This document shows, piece by piece, positions 13,018 through 26,623 of a stretch of 64,000 nucleotides of DNA. Position 1 is the stretch's first letter; each line of letters opens with the position of its first letter. The position numbers and the translations under genes were made by a program. The DNA is from Octopus bimaculoides. Taxonomy: Eukaryota. Where the stretch lies: NCBI RefSeq assembly GCF_001194135.2, contig NC_068986.1, forward strand, positions 35,651,372-35,715,371, in the 5' to 3' direction. The notes beneath the pieces were generated by a model, which was not told where the DNA came from, did not search any database, and worked only from the letters and a program-made list of their open reading frames with translations.

Positions 13018-15475
13018 CTGAAAAAAGAAAAAAAAAACAAAAACAAATATATATTATAGAGCAAAAACATACATATATAATGGAAACAAATACAGAAAAC
13101 AAATATATATTATAGAAAATACAATGTATGTATGTATTCAAATATGAATTAGAAGCAACACAAGTGTTGTAAACATTATCGAACACATATACTCTATGTA
13201 TGTGCTTTATTTGTTCACCGGAGGATATATGATATGGTTGGCACTCCGTCGGTTACGACGACGAGGGTTCCAGTTGATCCGATCAACGGAACGGTCTGCT
13301 CGTGAAATTAACGTGCATGTGGCTGAGCACTCCATAGACAGGTAGTTCTCGGGGAGATTCAGCGTGACACAGTGTAACAAGGCTGGCCCTTTGAAATACA
13401 GGTTTCAACAGAAACAAGAAGAAAGAGTGAGAGAAAGTTATGGTGAAAGAGTACAGCAGGGTTTGCCACCATCCCCTACCGGAGCCTGGTGGAACTTTAG
13501 GTGTTTTCGCTCAATAAACACGCACAACACTCGGTCTTGGAATCGAAACCGCGATCCTACGACTGCGAGTCCGCTGCCATAACCACTGGGCCATTGCGCC
13601 TCCANNNNNNNNNNNNNNNNNNNNNNNNNNNNNNNNNNNNNNNNNNNNNNNNNNNNNNNNNNNNNNNNNNNNNNNNNNNNNNNNNNNNNNNNNNNNNNNN
13701 NNNNNNNNNNNNNNNNNNNNNNNNNNNNNNNNNNNNNNNNNNNNNNNNNNNNNNNNNNNNNNNNNNNNNNNNNNNNNNNNNNNNNNNNNNNNNNNNNNNN
13801 NNNNNNNNNNNNNNNNNNNNNNNNNNNNNNNNNNNNNNNNNNNATATATATATATATAAAAAATTGTTTTATCAATAGTTTTACTGTTATCAGACCACTT
13901 TGTTACCAACAGATATTTGTCTGCAATATATTACAGCCAACCTTCCTGTTATTAGCAATCCTCTTGTTATCATACTTGTTATCAACAGTCCTTATTACCA
14001 ATGTCCTTCTATTATGAACAGACCATCATTATCTACAATCATATGATGTCAATATTCTTCATTACCAACAAATTTAGCATTACCAATAGTCGTTCTGTTA
14101 TGAAAAGTCCTATTACCGTAATATTTTTATTATAATATAGAATTATCAAGCGTTTTATTATCAACGTCCTATTTTCAACAGCCCTGTTATCAACAGCTTT
14201 CCTATTATTAATATTTTTTAGCAATGCTATTACCAAGTCCCATTATCAACGACCTTCTATTATCAACAGCCTTTTTAACAACGTCTTTCTATTATGAGCG
14301 TTCCTTCATTGTCAACAACCTTTTTGTTAATATCTATCAATAGCTATAATATTATCAATAGTTTTATTATCGTTATTATCAAGTCATTCTGCTAGAAACA
14401 GCTCTATTACTCTTCTAATATCAATAATGTATCATCAAATGGTGCTATTATCAAAATCCTTCCATTCTCAATAGTGCTTTTATTCTCAACAGCCATGTAT
14501 TTTCAGCACTTTCAGGTTCCTCAAAACAAACTTGTAAAACAGAGAGGTGCATCATATGTGAGAGCCCGTCTTATATGCCGGGAAATACAGTATAATGATA
14601 TCCTTATAGTATTAATATTCTATTTCTATTGTCCACTCGCATGTGTCACGCTCAAGTCACACACCAGAGCAGCGTGCCTCCCTTACAGTTTGCGAAGACG
14701 ACGGCACTCCTCGCCAGACATTGGAAAACGCGCCGACGCTCACGCACACAAACATAATACACAGAGAAATATATTCTTCTCACACACACATGCACACACA
14801 TTCACGCTCATGCATACAACTAAGCAGACATATAGACGGTCATACGACACACACATATTTATAGTGTACAACACAAAGCTATATAGTGCACACACCATGC
14901 CTAATCATACGCACACACATACAAAACCACATATTTATGTGTATGTGTACACACACAAAACACATATACATAGTCAGATATGCTGCACACATATGTCCAT
15001 ACACACATATGTCCATACACACATACGGTAGCATATTTACACGCATATACACACACACATACACATGCATGCGCAGAAATATATTCTTCTCACACACGCA
15101 TACACGCACTCACACATATACAAGCGCATGCACACACCTAAGCAGACATAGAGGCGGTCAGACAGACGAGAGAGCAAGAAGTATATAATTAAGTAAGCCA
15201 GGCACATGCAGACACCTGCAGTCATAAATGTTAATATCCAACGCGGACACGCGACAAACGACAGCAACAACAACAACAACAACAAGGGGGAGCATCAATT
15301 GCTGCAGCTGGAACAACATAATTACTTTAGAAATGTATATTAACAGTGTAAATATGCATTTATTAATACACATACATAGTCATAAGCACGCACACATACA
15401 TATGCAGCTACATACAAATATATACGCAATACATACGTACATAACCATACACACAGCACACATATAGTGATAGAT

Positions 15476-15513
<38 letters not shown>

Positions 15514-15722
15514 ATATGTTCGTATATGTATATGTTTATGTACATATGTATATATATATATATGTATATGTATATATGTTTAGATATATATGTTTGTATA
15601 TGTATGTATATATATATGTATGTATATATATATATATATATATATACATACATACATATACAAACACACAGACACGTGTGTGTATGTATATAAATATATA
15701 TATATATTTGTTTATATATGTT

Positions 15723-15760
<38 letters not shown>

Positions 15761-15836
15761 AACATATATGCATATATATACAAACACACACAGACACATG
15801 TGTGTATGTGTATACATATATACATATATATATGTA

Positions 15837-15903
<67 letters not shown>

Positions 15904-16645
15904 CACATATTCACAAACGTACATATACCCATGGACACTTATGGACAAATACATAGACACAAAAACACACACATACACATACGCACGCGTGCACATATAT
16001 ATGTTCAATATACGCACAGACCCACCTATCCCGTCCAAACATAATAGAAGAGGATGAACGTGGCTATAGTCATCAGTACTGGCTTAATTCGGGAAGGGGG
16101 GCGGGGGCTAGGAGACGGCAAGTATCTCCCCCTCATATTAGTGGTAGTGGGGATGATGGTGGCGACGGTGCTGCTATTAATAAAGATAACTGGTGATGCG
16201 GCACTCTACTACTACTACTACTACTACTCTAGCTAAACTAGAGCAAAGCAACTACCTTTATATTATTACTACTACTACTACTACTAGTATAAAGGTGGTA
16301 GTTATTTAGCTCTAAATTAGCTCTGACCAATTAGACAATATGGTCAAAAGCATTCCAGTCATGACCATCCTGTCTTTAGGATATTTGTCTAGCGTGTCCT
16401 TTCTGTTTTTATAAATTTGAAAGAGATATGGTTACTATTTTTTTCTCTTTTATTTGTTTGAACCATTTGACTGCGGCCATTCTGGAGCACCACATTTAGT
16501 CGAGCAAATCGACCCCAGGACTTATTATTCTTTGTAAGCCTAGTACTTATTCTATCGGTTTCTCTTGCTAAACCGCTAGATGACGGGGACGTAAACACAC
16601 CAGCATCGGTTGTCAAGCGATGTTGGGGGGACAAACAGACACACA

Positions 16646-16676
<31 letters not shown>

Positions 16677-18487
16677 TCGACGGGCTTCTTTCAGTTTCCA
16701 TCTACCAAATCCACTTGCAAGGCTTTGGTCGGCCCGAGGCTATAGTAGAAAACGCTTGCCCAGTGTGCCACGCAGTGGGACCGAACCTGGAACCATGTGG
16801 TTGGTAAGCAAGCTACTTACCACACAGCCACTCCTGCGCCTACTAAAGAGAAAAAAAAAGTCTCTACGTGAAGGTTAATCCTGAGTGACCAGACTTATGA
16901 TCAAATGTAATCTATCCGTGACCACCTCGTCTTTTTGATATGTGCATGAAGCCCAACAACACATTATCCAAAGTGTTTACCTTTGAAATGGTAGGATGTG
17001 GTTAGAAGGAGCCACGGTTATTAACTTCAAACTAGTAAAGCAACCACCTTACTAGTTTGCTTCCTCTAATGCTAAAGGGTTTTGTTAATGGTTAATCCAG
17101 CGCTGTCTCCAACATCAACCAAGGTATTTCGTCTGCCGTTACGTTCTGAGTTCAAATTCCGCCGAGGTCGACTTTGCTTTTCATCCCTCTGCGAAAATTA
17201 TATTTTTATCTCTCCTCTTCTACCTTCAAGTAACTTTTTTAACCATGTAATGACTATTACGTTCCCTCTACCTGACGTCATGGAAGCTTCTCCCTTTCTC
17301 TAATCACGTGAGAGCGTTACTGACGGGCTAAGTAACGCAATGACAAGCAAAATTATTAGAAGATGCAAATTACTCAGGCAACAAATATTTTCTACTCTTT
17401 TTTGTATAAGTCCCTTGGCTGCTGGAGATAAAGTCGGACGACTGCCGTAGTGCTGATGGCTATTGAATCAAAAGCACATATCCGTAATAGGTCTCTTATT
17501 TCCAAACGATAAACCTGCCTCTGATTTTCATGACATGTCAGTTGTAGAGAATTTTTTATTCTTAAGATTATCTCCCCTTCTCAAGTAAAAACTGGTCTCA
17601 AATGTCCCTTTGTAATTATGGCACATCCTCTAGAGGAAGCGATGGTAATTTTAATAAACCAAGAATTTATGTTGTCAGGGAAATTCCTGAGTCATTGCTC
17701 TCAGTCAAATGTCACAGTGGTCATTGTTATATAACATTTGTACACCAGTGCCAAATTCTCAATAATTTGATCAAATTTCATGTTGGTGGAAGCTTTAAGA
17801 ATTACTGTTTGTCCTTTGGCTATTATGTCCTCTGTATGTTTCGTAAATGACAGTATTATTTTACATGTGAAGTCAACACGAATTTTAGTATTTTGTAATC
17901 GCGTGATCAAGCGAATCTGTGTGTGTGTGTGGGTGTGTGTGGGGGGAGGTACTGTTAGTGTTATTCGGAGTAATTTTGGTGTTAGGCGTTACTGTTTGCT
18001 TGCAACGTTATTACTATTGTTCGCAGTGATTATCGTGTGCTGGTGTTATCGATGTTAATACTGATGCTGTTAATGATGTTCTTGATAGTGGTAGGCATGG
18101 TGGAGTTGGAGTTGGAGGCAGCGCTGGATTAACCATTAAGCAAAATAAGCACGTGCTGCTTAGGGCATCAAGGGAGGGAGGGGGCACCATAGAAATGGTA
18201 AATGGTTTACGGCACAAAAGAAATCACTTTAAACTTGCTAAACTAATATTCGGGATGCCTTTAACTCTGCTAAGTATAGATGCAGATGTGTTACCTAAGA
18301 TTAACTTTGAGGATCTGATATAGGCGCAGGAGTGGCTGTGTGGTAAGTAGCTTGCTTACCAACCACATGGTTCGGGGTTCAGTCCCACTTCGTGGCATCT
18401 TGGGCAAGTGTCTTCTACTATAGCCTCGGGCCGACCGAAGCCTTGTGAGTGGATTTGGTAGACGGAAACTGAAAGAAGACCGTCGTA

Positions 18488-18522
<35 letters not shown>

Positions 18523-20871
18523 NNNNNNNNNNNNNNNNNNNNNNNNNNNNNNNNNNNNGTAACTTAGCGGTTCGGCAAAAGAGACCGATAGAATAAGTAC
18601 TAGGCTTCCAAAGAATAAGTCCTAGGGTCGATTTGCTCGACTAAAGGCGGTGCTCTAGCATGGCCGCAGTCAAATGACTGAAACAAGTAAAAGAGTAAAG
18701 ACTTTGCAAGTCAAAAAAGTAGGAGAAAACATTTCAAATATAAATAAAGTGAAAGTATACAAAAATAAACATTTTCCCCTCTTACTTTTTACTAATTTAT
18801 GTTATGGTTTCTATTTCGAATTACATAATCTTTTATGGGGGCACCAACATCTTTTAAGTGCTTAGGGCCTCGATGGGTTTTAATCCAGCCCTGGTTGGAG
18901 GTACTGATGCCGGTAATAATATTGATGTTCAGATATTAGTGGTGTTGGTGGTGGTTTTCCTAGTAGTGATGATGATGATGGCATTGTTATACTTAGCCTC
19001 AGGTCAATCCTGACAGGGCAGACCTTTCATCAGGTATCCCAGCTTTGAACGTCCTATCTTTTCCCTGTGTTGAGTGAACTCAAGATTACATTATTGTCCA
19101 CAAAGACGCAGGCGTGGCTGTGTGGGTAAGAAGCTTGCTTACCAACCGTGTGGTCTTTGGTTCAGTTCCACAGTGTGGCACATTGGGTAGTGTCTTTTAT
19201 TATAGCCATGGGCTGACCGGAGTCTTATGAGTGGATTTGACCGAAGGAAACAAAGAAGTCCGTCGTATGTGTGAGTCTTTGCGTTGTCTGTCCCCCGCCA
19301 TCACTTGGTGGAGGCGCAATGGCCCAGTGGTTAGGGCAGCTGACTCGTGGTCATAGGATTGCGGTTTCGATTCCCAGACCGGGCGTTGTGAGTGTTTATT
19401 GAGCAAAAACACCTAAAGCTTCACGAGGCTCCGGCAGGGGATGGTGGTGAACCCTGCTGTACTCTTTCACCAAAACTTTCTCTCACTCTTACTTCCTGTT
19501 TCTGTTGTGCCTATAATTCAAAGGGCCAGCCTTGTCACACTGTGTCACGCTGAATATCCCCGAGAACTACGTTAAGGGTACACGTGTCTGTGGAGTGCTC
19601 AGCCACTTGCACGTTAATTTCACGAGCAGGCTGTTCNNNNNNNNNNTCGATTCCCAGACCGGGCGTTGTGAGTGTTTATTGAGCAAAAACACCTAAAGCT
19701 TCACGAGGCTCCGGCAGGGGATGGTGGTGAACCCTGCTGTACTCTTTCACCAAAACTTTCTCTCACTCTTACTTCCTGTTTCTGTTGTGCCTATAATTCA
19801 AAGGGCCAGCCTTGTCACACTGTGTCACGCTGAATATCCCCGAGAACTACGTTAAGGGTACACGTGTCTGTGGAGTGCTCAGCCACTTGCACGTTAATTT
19901 CACGAGCAGGCTGTTCTGTTGATCGGATCAACTGGAACCCTCGACGTCGTAAGCGACGGAGTGTCAACGACAACAACCATCACTTGACAGTCAGTATTGC
20001 CTTCTTTAGGTTCGCGTAACACAGCAGAGCGATAGAATAAGTACCAGTAAAAATAAAAAAAAAAAACGAAAAAAAGAGTACCAGAGTACCGGGGTCGATT
20101 TGTTTAACTAAATCCTTCGAGACTGTGCCTGCCCCATCATGGCTGCAGGCCAATAACTGAAACAACTGAAAGATAAAAACTATCATTTAAAACACAGGTA
20201 GGGGAGTCTTATGACTTGGAGATTTTGGCTGTTATTTCTAGCGGACCGCATGACCACGTTGAGGTTCTTTGGCTAGCCAGTGGTGATGGAGGTGCTGGTG
20301 GTGACGGTGGTGATGGCGGTTGCGTTAATGACATCATTGTATGTGAAGAATTGAATAGAATGGTTGCTCTCGAGTGTTGCGTGCAAGCAGCGCGGTGCAG
20401 TGTGGTGGGGGAGGTGTGGTATTCTTGCAATTGTTAATGTCTTTGTAGGGCCAGGATGTTAATTTGTGGACGCGTGGGTGGTTGGAACTGGTTTACAGCT
20501 GTACAGGGTGCTGCCATGTAAAAGGTGTTCTATGGAACTTGTTATTCACGGGAGTGGGGCGGCGGGAAAAGCGGATAAGACTTCTATGAAGTGGTCGTTG
20601 TGAAGAGGCAGTAATGAAAGTAGTCGGGGTGGTGGTGTCATTGGGTGTGGCCTTACTGATCGCCATGGTGACAGTGATGGGGAGGGAGGTTATGAATTGT
20701 AGGGATGATGGTGGGAGTAGCCATAACAACAACGGCTATTGTAGTAATTGTTTAGCACCTGGTCAAACCCTTGTCTAACTGACTTATCAAAAGACAATCC
20801 ATTTGTGAGCATCCTGTTTCCACCATCTGCTAGAAACCCAAAAGCATATTTAACAATGTGTACCGGGTGCG

Positions 20872-20928
<57 letters not shown>

Positions 20929-21180
20929 CAAAGTGTATGTACGCCGCTATATATATATATATATCGGTATATGGTGAGGCAAATATTTTGCTGATCCCTT
21001 AATTATATTTATAAATATATGAACTTTTTTTGAATAAGTTCTTCACCAATAATGGTGCTTTCATACNNNNNNNNNNNNNNNNNNNNNNCTTTCATACCGT
21101 TGGGCTTGGTAAAAATTATTAATTATTAATTGATTTATTAATTAATAAATTGATAATTCCTTTACCCTTTTAATTTGTAA

Positions 21181-21215
<35 letters not shown>

Positions 21216-21986
21216 CAAAATGGGATAAGAACGCAAAACAACCAGACAAAAAAGGAGACAACGAAACATCCAGATAGAGGATACAAAGAAAATAAGGACG
21301 GACCAACCGGAGTTGGAACTCGACTGAGGAAAGAAAACTCCGAATGACCCGTCCTTGTTTTCTTTGTATCATCTGTCTGGATGCTTTGTTGTCCCTTTTT
21401 TGTATCACCTAACTGTCCGGATGATTTGCGTTCTTGTCCCATTTCGTATTTTATATATATATATACATATATATACCTCATTATTCATTTTATAATAAAA
21501 TAAAAAACAGTTTTAGGGTCTGATTTTAAAGGTTGATTGTAGTTTTTCTTTTTTATCTTTTACTTGTGTCAGTCATTTGACTGTGATCATTCTGGGGTTC
21601 TGCTTTGAAGAATTTTTTAGTCGAACGAATAGACCTCAGTCCTTTTTTTTTTTTTTTTAAAGTCTGGTACTTATTCTATTGGTCATTTTTTGCCGAACTC
21701 CTAGTTTACAGGGAGGTAAAGACACCAACACCGGTTGTCAAGCGGTGGTGGGGAACGAACATAGACAGAAAGACACACACACACTCTTTTACAGGTTTCA
21801 GTCATTTGACTGCAGCCATGCTAAAGCACCGCCTTAAAGGGTTTTAGTCGAAGAAATCGACCCCAAGACTTTTCTTCGTAAGCCTAGAACTTATTCTATC
21901 GGAGTCTTTTGCTGAACCGCTAAGTTACGGGGATGTAAACACAGCAACATCGGTTATGAAGCAATAGTGGGCACACACACACATAC

Positions 21987-22025
<39 letters not shown>

Positions 22026-25000
22026 GACGGGCTTCTTTCAGTTTCCGTCTACCAGATGCACTCACAAAGCTTTGGTCGGCCCGGTCCAATAGTAGAAGAT
22101 ACTAACTCATGGTGCCACGCAGTGGGACTGAACCAGAAACCATGTAGTTGGGAAGCAAACTTTTTGCTATACAGCCACGCCTATTGAAAATATTTTACGT
22201 CATTCAAAACGGCCACCACTTCCTTTCACCATAACCCTTTATCCTCTTTTTCAACCGCTTTATCACTTCCCAGCTCTTTATACCTGCCATTTTCAACGCT
22301 ACAATTTGTTCGCGTTTTATATGAACCGCCATATTTAATTAAGAGTAAAAAAATTGAACACAAAAAGAAAAAAAAAAAAGATAGCGTTATACATTTTCAA
22401 CCCTTTTTGCAAATAAGTATGTTTCAGTTAACGTTTGCGTAATTCTCTCTCTTTTTTTTTCTCTTTTACTTGTTTGATTCATTTGACTGCGGCCATGCTG
22501 GAGCACCGCGTTTANNNNNNNNNNNNNNNNNNNNNNNNNNNNNNNNNNNNNNNNNNNNNNNNNNNNNNNNNNNNNNNNNNNNNNNNNNNNNNNNNNNNNN
22601 NNNNNNNNNNNNNNNNNNNNNNNNNNNNNNNNNNNNNNNNNNNNNNNNNNNNNNNNNNNNNNNNNNNNNNNNNNNNNNNNNNNNNNNNNNNNNNNNNNNN
22701 NNNNNNNNNNNNNNNNNNNATATACGACGGGCTTCTTTCAGTTTCCGTCTACTCACATGGCTTTGGTCGGCTCGAGGCTATAGTAGAAGACACTTGCCCA
22801 AGATGCCACGCTGTGGGACTGAACTCGGAACCATGTGGTTGATAAGCAAGCTACTTACCACACAGCCACTCCTGCGCCTTAAAAAAAATCTGAGCAACTT
22901 ATTTTGCTTAAATAAAGCATAAATGTGTATGCCACCCGTGGTACATTTTTTTTTAAAGATGATAGAATTTGTTTTGAGTGAGATTCGGTTGTTATTTCTT
23001 GCATGTTGAGTAACCGCGTAAGGGTCCGATGGATGGTGATGGTGGTAGCTTTGATGACCGTAGTGCAAGGTAGTTATGTCAATGGGTGTGGCCTTATCGA
23101 ACATTCGTAGAGGTTGGGGTTGGTGATCGTGATGGTTGGCAGTTGTATCCAATGGTGTGGGATAGTCATGTCTATAGGTGTGGTGATGATGATGAAGTCT
23201 CGGTGATGTCAAGGAGACAAGAGACATCTGCTTGAGGTGAGACTCCTCCACCTGGTCCAGCTTCACCCCCACCGGACTGCACTCTCACTCTCACCAATCC
23301 TATCCCGTCCCACCTCCCGTCAACCCCCCGCCACCTCTACTTCACCAGTTCTGTTTTGAGATTTACCGTTGCCACTACGCCATCAAAAACAACCTTCCTC
23401 TAATCACTAATTCTAATGAACCGCCCCCGCCCCTCACTTCTCCCATCATTATTATCCCCCCCCCCTAGCCACCCCNNNNNNNNNNNNNNNNNNNNNNNNN
23501 NNNNNNNNNNNNNNNNNNNNNNNNNNNNNNNNNNNNNNNNNNNNNNNNNNNNNNNNNNNNNNNNNNNNNNNNNNNNNNNNNNNNNNNNNNNNNNNNNNNN
23601 NNNNNNNNNNNNNNNNNNNNNNNNNNNNNNNNNNNNNNNNNNNNNNNNNNNNNNNNNNNNNNNNNNNNNNNNNNNNNNNNNNNNNNNNNNNNNNNNNNNN
23701 NNNNNNNNNNNNNNNNNNNNNNNNNNNNNNNNNNNNNNNNNNNNNNNNNNNNNNNNNNNNNNNNNNNNNNNNNNNNNNNNNNNNNNNNNNNNNNNNNNNN
23801 NNNNNNNNNNNNNNNNNNNNNNNNNNNNNNNNNNNNNNNNNNNNNNNNNNNNNNNNNNNNNNNNNNNNNNNNNNNNNNNNNNNNNNNNNNNNNNNNNNNN
23901 NNNNNNNNNNNNNNNNNNNNNNNNNNNNNNNNNNNNNNNNNNNNNNNNNNNNNNNNNNNNNNNNNNNNNNNNNNNNNNNNNNNNNNNNNNNNNNNNNNNN
24001 NNNNNNNNNNNNNNNNNNNNNNNNNNNNNNNNNNNNNNNNNNNNNNNNNNNNNNNNNNNNNNNNNNNNNNNNNNNNNNNNNNNNNNNNNNNNNNNNNNNN
24101 NNNNNNNNNNNNNNNNNNNNNNNNNNNNNNNNNNNNNNNNNNNNNNNNNNNNNNNNNNNNNNNNNNNNNNNNNNNNNNNNNNNNNNNNNNNNNNNNNNNN
24201 NNNNNNNNNNNNNNNNNNNNNNNNNNNGGACGGCAGTGACGGTGACGATAATAGCGATGGCGGCGGTGGCGGCTGTGTTGATGTTTTTGGTGGACGTGAT
24301 GGTTTTCGTAATGGTAATGGTGATAGTGGTCACTACTGCTGATAGCAGTTGAGATGGTGGTAATCGTATGCTGCTGCTGCTGTTATGGTTGGTAATAGCA
24401 ATAATGACGATATTGATGATCATGGCGATGCTGATCATTCTTTTGCCACAAGGTCAGCAATTTATGGGGGAGGGCAAGAGTCGATTACATCGACCCCCCC
24501 CCCCAGCGTTCAACTGGTACTTAATTTATCGACCCCGAAAGAATGAAAGGCATAGTCGACCTGGGCGAAATTTGAGCTCAGAACATAAAGACAGACGAAA
24601 TACAGCTAAGCATCTTGCCCGCCGTGCTAACTATTCGGTCAGTTCGACGCCTTAGTGGTGATAATAATAATAATAATAATAATATAATAGAAGATAAACC
24701 TAGCCTGAATAGGAAACTGGAATGGAACACTAGCACACCCCACCAACAAACCACAGCATATGACAATAAAATCCCCATAAACTTATAACAATATGAACAA
24801 AATATAATACAATACATAGATAAACAAATACATATGTTAACAAAATTAAATTAAATACACAAAAACAAACAAAACAACACAAAAATAGGTATAAACACAT
24901 GAACAAATAATAAAAATAAAAACAAATTAAGCGAACATGTATTAACAGGGGATACAGATAAGACAGGCCCTCCCCATACACACACATGCACTTACAAAAC

Positions 25001-26563
25001 ATAGACACACATAGAGGGATACGCATGCGCATATACAGACACATACATTAGGAATACAAAATGACTGATCGTTAGCAAGGAGGGACACACATATAAGAAA
25101 GAAGAAACCAAAGGACCACTGATGAGGTCATAGAAGTGTGACGAAAGAACTCTGGCCGAAATACAATTAATGTAATATAAAGCTGAAGNNNNNNNNNNAC
25201 TGATGAGGTCATAGAAGTGTGACGAAAGAACTCTGGCCGAAATACAATTAATGTAATATAAAGCTGAAGCAAATTAACACCAAATATATAGTGCGTGTGT
25301 TTTTATTGGCTAAACTGGCAACATGACCGTCCCTAAATACAACAATATGTTTCAACACATGATTTCACATCAAGAATCTTGCAAAACAAATATATAAACG
25401 GAATAATAATATAATTAACACGATAATAATAAAATAATAATAATAATAATAATCCTTTCTACTGGAGGCACAAGGCCTAACATTTGTGGGAGGGGACTAG
25501 TCGGTAACATTGACCCCAGTGTTTCACTGGTACTTAATTCATCGATCCCGAAAGGATGAAAGGTAATGTCGATCTCAGCGGAATTTGAACTCAGAGCGTA
25601 GCGACGGGCGAAATACCGCTAAGCAGTTCGTCCAGCGTGCTAACGATTCTGCCAGCTAGCCACTTTGAATAATAATAATAATAGTAATAATCGTTTCTAC
25701 TAAAGGTATAAGGCCTGAAATTTTGGGAGAGGGATTAAGTCGAGTATATCGACCCCAGTACTCAACCGGTACTTAATTTATCGACTCCGAAAAGATGAAA
25801 GGCAAAGTCAACCTCGGCAGAATTTGAACTCAGAACGTAGCGACAGACGAAGTACTGCTAAGCATTTCGCCCGGCGTGCTAACGATTCTGCCAGCTCGCT
25901 GGCTTATTAATAAAAAATATTAATGACTAAGTTAATGATGATGATGATGATGGGAATAATATCGATGGTGGCGGTGTTGGTCGTAACAGAGATGTCATTA
26001 ATGATGACGCTAATATGACGTGAAGACAAAGATGATGTAAAAATACAAAAACAACAAAACAAAAAGAACAAGAGAGCAAATGGGGTGGAAAGAGGGTGGG
26101 ACAGAAAGCTCTTGTATTTTTGATTTATCTACATTCCGCACCATCTTTGCTGCTTGTCTTTTCTTTAACAATTCCCTTCGTTATCATTGCTGCATTGACT
26201 GACATGCACGCGCACACGCACACACATTGAATCTTAAGATTTATGACAGAGAGAAAAACACTTGGAAAGCATATTGGATACACATGTCTGTGGGTGTAGG
26301 TATGTTTCTATGTATGTATGTATATGTATGTAGGTCTATATCTCCATTTATATTTCACCGGATACAAATTCGTGTTTCTAAATCTCACATTTAAAATATA
26401 ACGTTAATTTCTGAGAATATAGAAGGAAAGTAGACAAATTGAGAGAGAGAGAGAGAGAAAGAGGAAAGAAATGGTTGTTTGTATGACAGAAAAAATGTAG
26501 AAAGCATTCGCATAAACATTATAGTATGAAGAAAAAATTTACGTAAAGTAGAAAGAAAGAGAA

Positions 26564-26623
<60 letters not shown>

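Noticed and set aside
4390-16057. Dozens of ORFs rich in YI, CV, HT or LS repeats
   Set aside because: They are translations of (TA)n, (CA)n and (GA)n microsatellites, with no splice or homology support
19637-19860. Apparent tandem duplications next to short N gaps (also 7002-7010, 21067-21088, 38595-38634, 59653-59663, 60125-60134)
   Set aside because: Identical sequence on both sides of small gaps points to unmerged contig overlaps, not biology; the same caveat applies to the second hammerhead copy at 25200
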